Below the pieces are notes generated by a model, which did not search any database, was not told the DNA's origin, and saw only the letters and a program-made list of their open reading frames with translations. A DNA stretch of 64,000 nt from Eledone cirrhosa (Eukaryota): contig OZ024740.1 of NCBI GenBank assembly GCA_964016885.1, forward strand, positions 263,996,001-264,060,000, read 5' to 3'. Position numbers and translations under genes: made by a program. Shown here one piece after another: positions 57,358 through 64,000 of the stretch. How positions within the stretch are numbered: position 1 is the first letter of the stretch; each line of letters opens with the position of its first letter.

Positions 57358-60300
57358 TCTTTCTTTATTTGTCACAGGGGCGTACAAAATGGGACATTAC
57401 AAGACCTGACAGCGGGGGTTTTACATAAAAATAACTTTAACAATAATAAATAACAATACATTATATATAATAACATAACAATTGAAATCCCCAGTCGGGG
57501 GGACGGTCACTGCAGGGTTGTTTTACACCCAGTGGATAGAACAACCCTCAACACCAGGAACACGTTTTGTAGATGTTCCATATCTTCCCTCTATTTATCT
57601 TCCTCAACCTACAGGTTTATATACAGAGAAGGCCCATTCACTCGGGTCATTTTTGGCACATTCACCCACCTTTCAGCAAATTTAGTGGGGTGTTGCACCT
57701 CTCTCTCCACTCTCACCTTCCTTCTGAATTAATACTTAAAGAAGGGGATAAGTTGTTGTCAGGAGAGAAAGGTGTTTGCCCTCAGTCCTTTTAACCTCGT
57801 CCACCATATTACCTCTTTCGTCATAGCCACCGACAGGAAAACCGTGTCTCCTCTGTTCTTAAATGAAGGCGGCGGGTAGATCCTCACGATCGACTCGGCT
57901 GACAACTGGATGCTTCCCACACGTGACAGCAGCTGTTTCACATAATTCCACAGGTCGGTCACTCCTGGGCACTGAACAATTGCTGCAGAACAGTTTCGAT
58001 GTCCTGCTCGCATCTTGGACAGGTCAATTAAGCAGGATCTCTGCCAGGGCGTCCGTGCCTGTAGATTTTGTCTCGAACTGGTAGAGCTCCTCAGTAGCAC
58101 TGCCAAGCCAGAGACCTCTGGAAGTTATCCATAGGCCCTGGACGAAAAGTCCTCCCGAACAGACTGGTCAGTTCGTCCTACTCGATGCCTAGAGTTTCCC
58201 CGAGAACGTCGTCGCACTTATTCTGCAATAATCCCCTATAGAATATCGAAGTGGAGTCTCCACTGATTGCCGTTTCCACTTGGTAGAGGGCTGTGCGCGC
58301 TTGTAGGCACTCGAGGTGCCAGGCCCCTATTTTCGATCTTCGCTTGACTGCAGCTATGTTAGTGAGACGAATTGTGGAAGAGCTTGTCTCACAAACGACA
58401 GCCACACCGGTTCCCCGGTCAGGAATACCTGGAGATGGCGTAGCCTCAGCGCATGTTTGCGCATCATCAGCCACAGCAAGCCGAGCCCTCCGATAGAGGG
58501 GTGTTGACAGCAGATGGATCTCCTCACCAATGGAGCCTGTTTCTTCCAGAGGATCTTGAAGAGTAGGCGTTCCATTTTGGTAAGGTATTCGCGGGGGCAA
58601 GGCACGACTATTAAGCGGTAGTAGATGACGGACGCTATGTAAGTGTTCGCCACCTCCCCTCAACCTTTCAAGGAGATTTTGCACTCAGCCCACTTCTGTG
58701 TGAGTGCAAACATCTTCGCAGTGACCTCGTTCCAGTTCTTGTCCACCAAGAGGTCTGGATTAAACCAGACACCGAGCAATTTCACCCGTCTTTCCGTCCA
58801 GCGTCTAACTAAACTGTCGGAAGGCATGGGTTTGCCTCTCCATGTGCCGAGTTGCAAACCAACAGACTTGGTTGGGTTTAGTCTTGCTCCTGTCAACGTT
58901 TCGTATTTCTGAAATAGGTTGCCGATTACCCTGATTTCCGAGGTTTTCGACACCATTATGGTTATGTCGTCGGCATAGACGGACGCTGCTTTCCGTAGTC
59001 CTGGTTCGATGGGGATGCCCTGCAACAGCTCCAATCTGGTCGGGATTGAACACGTTTGGGCTTCACCTACCAGGTTCTCGACGACAAGCGCCAGCCTTGC
59101 TGCTCACACCTTGGCCAAAATCTTTAACTCTGTGTTGAGCAGAGTTATGGGCCTGAAATTGTTTATCTCATCCCCCTTGTTCTCATCTTTCCTGATCAGC
59201 GTTACTACGCCTCTTCCTACAGAACTGGGAATCCCCTCGTTCTGCTGGCAGTTGCAGTAGACCGCTTCGAGGATGCCAGAGAACAAGTCTGGCATACCTA
59301 AGTAAAACTCATAGGGTAGACCATCTAAACCGGGTGATTTGCGTTTCCGCAGCGGCCTAGGGCATCTTCTATTTCGCCCGCAGTGATCGGCCTTTCGCAG
59401 ATCTCCGCATCTGTGCTCGAGAGTCGCGGTACGCCGTCGAGGTAGGAGCTGAAGTCCATCACCTCACTCGATGTACCGCTTTGCTCGAACAGTTGTGCAA
59501 ATTGCTGCTGGAAGGCCGCGCACATCTGCTTGGATTCAAGTATAATGCGTCCATCTTTGTCTTGCAAAGACTGAATTGTGGATTTGTTGCCACATTTCGC
59601 CTCTGCCACTCAGGCCCAGCTAACAGCTTTGGCTCCCTCGTTTCTTAGAGCACGTGTTCTACTTCTGACGATACAAACTTCGTGTTTCACGTTGAAGAAC
59701 TGTTCTCCTGACATTCTCGCCGCTCGCACGTCAGCTGTACTGCCATTCCTAAGTGCCTCTTCTCTTTTAGTTACCAGTTCCTTTTCAGTTCTGTTTTTTT
59801 CTAAAGCTAATTCCTTGCTAAATGCTATCGATTCTATTCTAATTGCTCTCTTGAGAGAGCTCCACCACCAGTTGTTGACGATCGCCCCCGTCAACTTGCA
59901 CTTAACTAAGGTGCTAATCCGTTTACTGTAGGCCTTACGCAAAGGGAGCGACATGTTTAGCTTCCAGTATCCGGTCCCTGTCTATGTGTTCTATCAAGGT
60001 TGAGTACGCAGGGGACTAATTTGTGGTCTGAATGGGCAAACATGTGCATTTGTGGACAGCTTAATGTTTCCTTATCATTCTATCTAATTAAAAATCTATC
60101 TAAATACGATCTAGAAGGCCCAGTGCGTTTGCTCCACGTCCACAGTGGTGCACTTAGGAAGTCTAGTCGATATCTATCAGTCAGTTGGAATTGGCTGATG
60201 AGATTATTGAGGCTATTACACCCGCCTCTATTATCACAAGCTCCTACATAGTCCCAACGTGCCTCTAAGGAGCGAGACGTTCCCAGGAATGTCTCCAGAC

Positions 60301-62775
60301 GCTTGAAGGACTCTGGTCGCGATGTCCCAGTCGGGTCATATACGGCCACCAGTCTGAAAGCTTCACCTTCACTACCATTCACGTCTAGGACCACCAGGCT
60401 GCCCTCCGGGTCCATGTGAATCGTCTGTATTTTGAGATCCAAGCTTTTTCGAAACAGAACAGCAACTCCCTCCCCCTACATCCTGGCTGACAGAGAGATG
60501 CTTAGATATCAAAATCATCGAACATGGTGGTTAGCTGGTGCTTGTCATGAATCCTGGACTCGGTGATGTCTATCACATCTATACAATGTGACCTGAGATC
60601 ATTTAAAAGCTGGCCCTGTTTCCAAGACATGCCCAGGCCACGTACATTCAAACATCCAGCTTGTATAGTCGCCATGTTGGTGAAGAAGAGTTAAGGAGAG
60701 AAAAGGCAGGAACACTTACCTTTTCGTATCCTGGAGGTCGGGTTGTTCGATCTCTATGTCCAGATTGGTTGTGTTTGGGGAGGTAGGGAATCATTTTAGC
60801 AGGACACGGTTAAGGGGCTTTTGGCAAGGGGGGCCCACATCATGTGGGAAGTTCTCTTTTAAAGTTTCATACCTTAGGATTGCTACACTGAGAAGTTTGA
60901 GGTTTGGGGTGGGTCGTTTGTGGGGAAGGTTTTCCTTTCCGTTTGTATTGTGGGGTCCTTTCGGACAGTTTCCGCCAGTTCTTTGTTTCTTGTTTTCATG
61001 TATGTGTAATGTGTTTTGTTTTTTATGTGTACTGTTTCTTTTTGTAGTTTTCTTTTGGTGGTTGGGGTTTGTGATTGTGGAGGTGTGGGTGTTTGTTCTG
61101 TTGGTGAAGTGTCTGGTTGCGTTGTTGGTGTGGTTGTCGTTTGTGGCGGTATGTTTATGTCAGTGTTGGGTGTGTGCGTGTTTTCAGTTGATGTTTTTGT
61201 TGTATTTTTTCTGTGTCTTTTTTGCTTCTTGGATTTTTGGGGTTCCTCTTCATCCTCACTTGGAGATGTTGAGGTTCCCGTGTCTGAGGTGTTATCATTG
61301 TGAGTAGGTGGGAGGGGTATGTTGTGTGGTGGTGTAGTGTTTGTGCGTGTGTTTGTGGGAGTGTTAGACTGAAAGGGAAGGGGCGGGACAGATCCTTCAG
61401 GGGAATTTTTGGTGTGGTTGCTTTTGTGGTTTGTGATAGTTGGGTGAATGTTGATGGTTAGGGGGGGGGGGGGTCGGGTGTGTCTGTTGTAGTTTTGAGG
61501 TTGGCAACAATGCCTTCTTTTGTTTTTCCACATCCAGCATGGGGCAAAATGCTTTTAAATGTGTTTGTTTTACCACATTTAAAACATTGTGGTCTTTTGC
61601 CCTCCACTGCGATGTGGACAACGTGGTTATCATCCACTGGCACCCTTTCCGATATTTTTTTCAATCCTCTCCGGTTTCATTTAAACTAAAAGCTTAATTG
61701 AGGTCCCGCTCCAGTTCTGTCGAATTGATTTTTTTTACAGAGAGGAGGTTGTCTTCACCCTCTGCCAAAAAAAAACACCCAGGATCCACTAAATGTTGGT
61801 GTTCGGTGGGATCTGGGAGTTCCTTAGTTTATGGGTTCTTCTTCCCATGTATGTTGGGAAGAAGATGTGTTGGTTCGTTCTAATTAGAGCCACCGAATAT
61901 ATCCGGGCGAGGGCCTCGCTTTTAAAGCAACACCGAGATGCTCCCGTACTGCTTGGCCCTCTGGAGGTAAGCAATGTCTGGAATTGTCTCCATTAGCGCG
62001 GTTTCCACCGTGCTATTGCTTACAGCCATCGGTTTCTTGGTTTGTGTTTGTAAGCAGATCGTCCCCAAGAAAAGACGATCCGGTGGGGTACTAATTCGAA
62101 AGCCGTTACCTTCGAAATTTATATGTTGCGCCGCGTCCTTTATTTGCTGGCTTGGTTTGACAGATCTATCTGTATAAACTCTGTCTCTTTGGTAAGGCTT
62201 TCTGCAAACGTGTTTTTCTGTTAGTGTATTTGGTTGTTTTCCTTTGGGCTGGAGTTGTTGTTTTTGTTATTCTTGTTATTGTTGTTGACCTCGTTGTTAT
62301 TGGTGTTGTTTTCTTTCATAGCATTGTTGTTGTTTTGTTGCTGGTGCCGCCGGTTGTGTTGCTTTTGTTCATTGTTTCGCACATTTGGTTTTGGTTTGTT
62401 GCCATGGCAACGTCAAGTTGTTGGTCAGCAGGTGAACAAAATCCTTCCTCTGTCTGACCTTTGTCTGAGACATCAGCTACTATGACAGTGGGAGGGGGAA
62501 GCTGTAAGCATGTCTTCCCCATTCCTCCTTCGAATGTTGGTGAAATAGCTGTTGCTTCAGCCATTTTTATTTTTAAACGTTAGTTTTTCCGACAAATTTT
62601 TTTTATGGAATATTTCGCCTAAAGACGTAGAATATTTTGAGAGACTGACCAGATCAAAATTTTACCTGGCAGTCCCTCTACCAGTTGGTATAAAAATGAA
62701 GATTCACAGTCAAGAATTTCTTTAGAAATTTAAGCAGAACTTACCCAGGAAGTTTCACGCGTGTGTCCATCCCAA
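57358..62775 (-). mobile_element. Full-length but decayed Tx1/L1-clade LINE (ORF1 with zinc knuckle, ORF2 APE+RT) inserted in (GATA)n
   Basis: ORF1 remnants include RPQCFKCGK. ORF2 starts at 60675 (MATIQAGCLNVRGL) and includes SYLDRFLI, NFRPITLLN, SVYADD and GGLG. AATAAA at the 3' end. gata repeats on both sides. Confidence 0.9.
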
Positions 62776-62798
62776 TAGACAGATAAGAGATAGATAAG

Positions 62799-62837
<39 letters not shown>

Positions 62838-62839
62838 CT

Positions 62840-64000
62840 TTATATTTATTTGCCACCAGGGCAAATACATGGGGGGGGGGGTTTACATACATTTCAAAGG
62901 ATGTGTAAAAACATATAACAAATAAAATTCAACAATCGAAGTCCTCAATAGGGAGGGAGCGTTGACGTGGGTCGCACACACCCCCGAAAAAAATGTGCAA
63001 CCATCCTCCTCAGGAGCACTAAAGCGGGTGCCCCCTTCCTCTCCTCTTTCTTCTCCTCTCTCACCTACAGGCTGATATAGATTGAAGGGACATTCACTCG
63101 GGCCATTCACGCTACTTTCACCAACCTTTCATAAAACTTGCTGGGGTAGAGCACTTCTCTCTGATTCTGATCCTTCTTCTAAAATGGCACTTGAAAGAAA
63201 GGAACAGTTGTTGGCCGGAGAGTAAAGTGTCTGACATCAGCCCGTTAAACTTCGTCCACCATACAACCTCTTTCGCCATAGATATCACACAGAGGAAAAC
63301 CGCCTCTCCTTCGTTTTTGAAGGGGGAGGCAGTTTGATCGTGACAATGTACTCTGTGGTCAACCGCATTGGTCCCACCTGCGACAGTAGTCGTTCCACAT
63401 AGCCCCACAGGTCGGCAACGCCCGGGCAGTGTACGAATGCGTGCACGACGGTTTTCTCGTCACAAACGCATCTCGGTCATATCATTTTCGACGGGTCCCT
63501 ACCGGGCGCCCGTGTCTGTAGATTTTGTCCCGAAAAGGTAGAGCTCCTCGGTAGCACTGCCAGGCCAGGGACTTTTGGAAATTGTCCATCGGTCCCTGGC
63601 CAAACGTCCAACCGAACAGACTGGCTAGCTCGTCTTCCTCCATGCTCAGAGCCTCTCCGGCAGCTTCGTCGCACCTGCTGCGCACTAACCCTCCATAGAA
63701 TGTTGAGGTTGAATCTCCACTGATTGTCGGATCCGCTTGCCAGAGGGCTGTGAGCGCTTGGGCACATTCAATGTGCCAGTTGCCCATTTTTCTCGGTCTT
63801 TGCTTGACCTAGGATTGCATCTCGGTGAGTGAGACGAGTCTCGGAAAGGCTTGCCTCACAAAAGTGGCCCACACCGACTGACCGGTGAGGAATATCTAGA
63901 GGTGCCGTAGCCTTAATGCGTGTCTACGCATCGTCAGCCACAGCACCCCCAGCCATCCGTTCGAAGGGTGTTGACAGCAAATGGATCTTCTTCCAAAGGA
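62840..64000 (-). mobile_element. 3' part of another Tx1/L1-clade LINE, running off the window
   Basis: PMDNFQKSLAWQCYRGALP.RDK and AKEVVWWT are shared with the other two copies. The 3' end abuts (GATA)n at 62775-62838. Confidence 0.88.

Overview
Gene-poor, AT-rich animal DNA made almost entirely of retroelements and microsatellites. The SINE type and (TA)n/(CA)n density suggest a cephalopod or other mollusc, but that is inference. No intact host gene is supported. The window holds: a head-to-tail array of three R4/Dong-clade non-LTR retrotransposons joined by (TAA)n, one with an intact 1130-aa RT+RLE ORF; three Tx1/L1-clade elements sitting in (ATT)n or (GATA)n tracts; several Penelope-like elements (Naiad-, Neptune- and Nematis-like); one complete hAT/Buster DNA transposon with TIRs and an 8-bp TSD; an RTE relic; and tRNA-derived SINEs. 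The most striking non-coding signal is a dense set of type I hammerhead ribozyme (HHR) motifs, read by eye. Many lie in short fold-back modules inside (TA)n tracts. Some palindromes carry an HHR on both strands, and others have their symmetry axis exactly in the HHR stem II loop. Element boundaries are estimated by eye and may be off by some bases.
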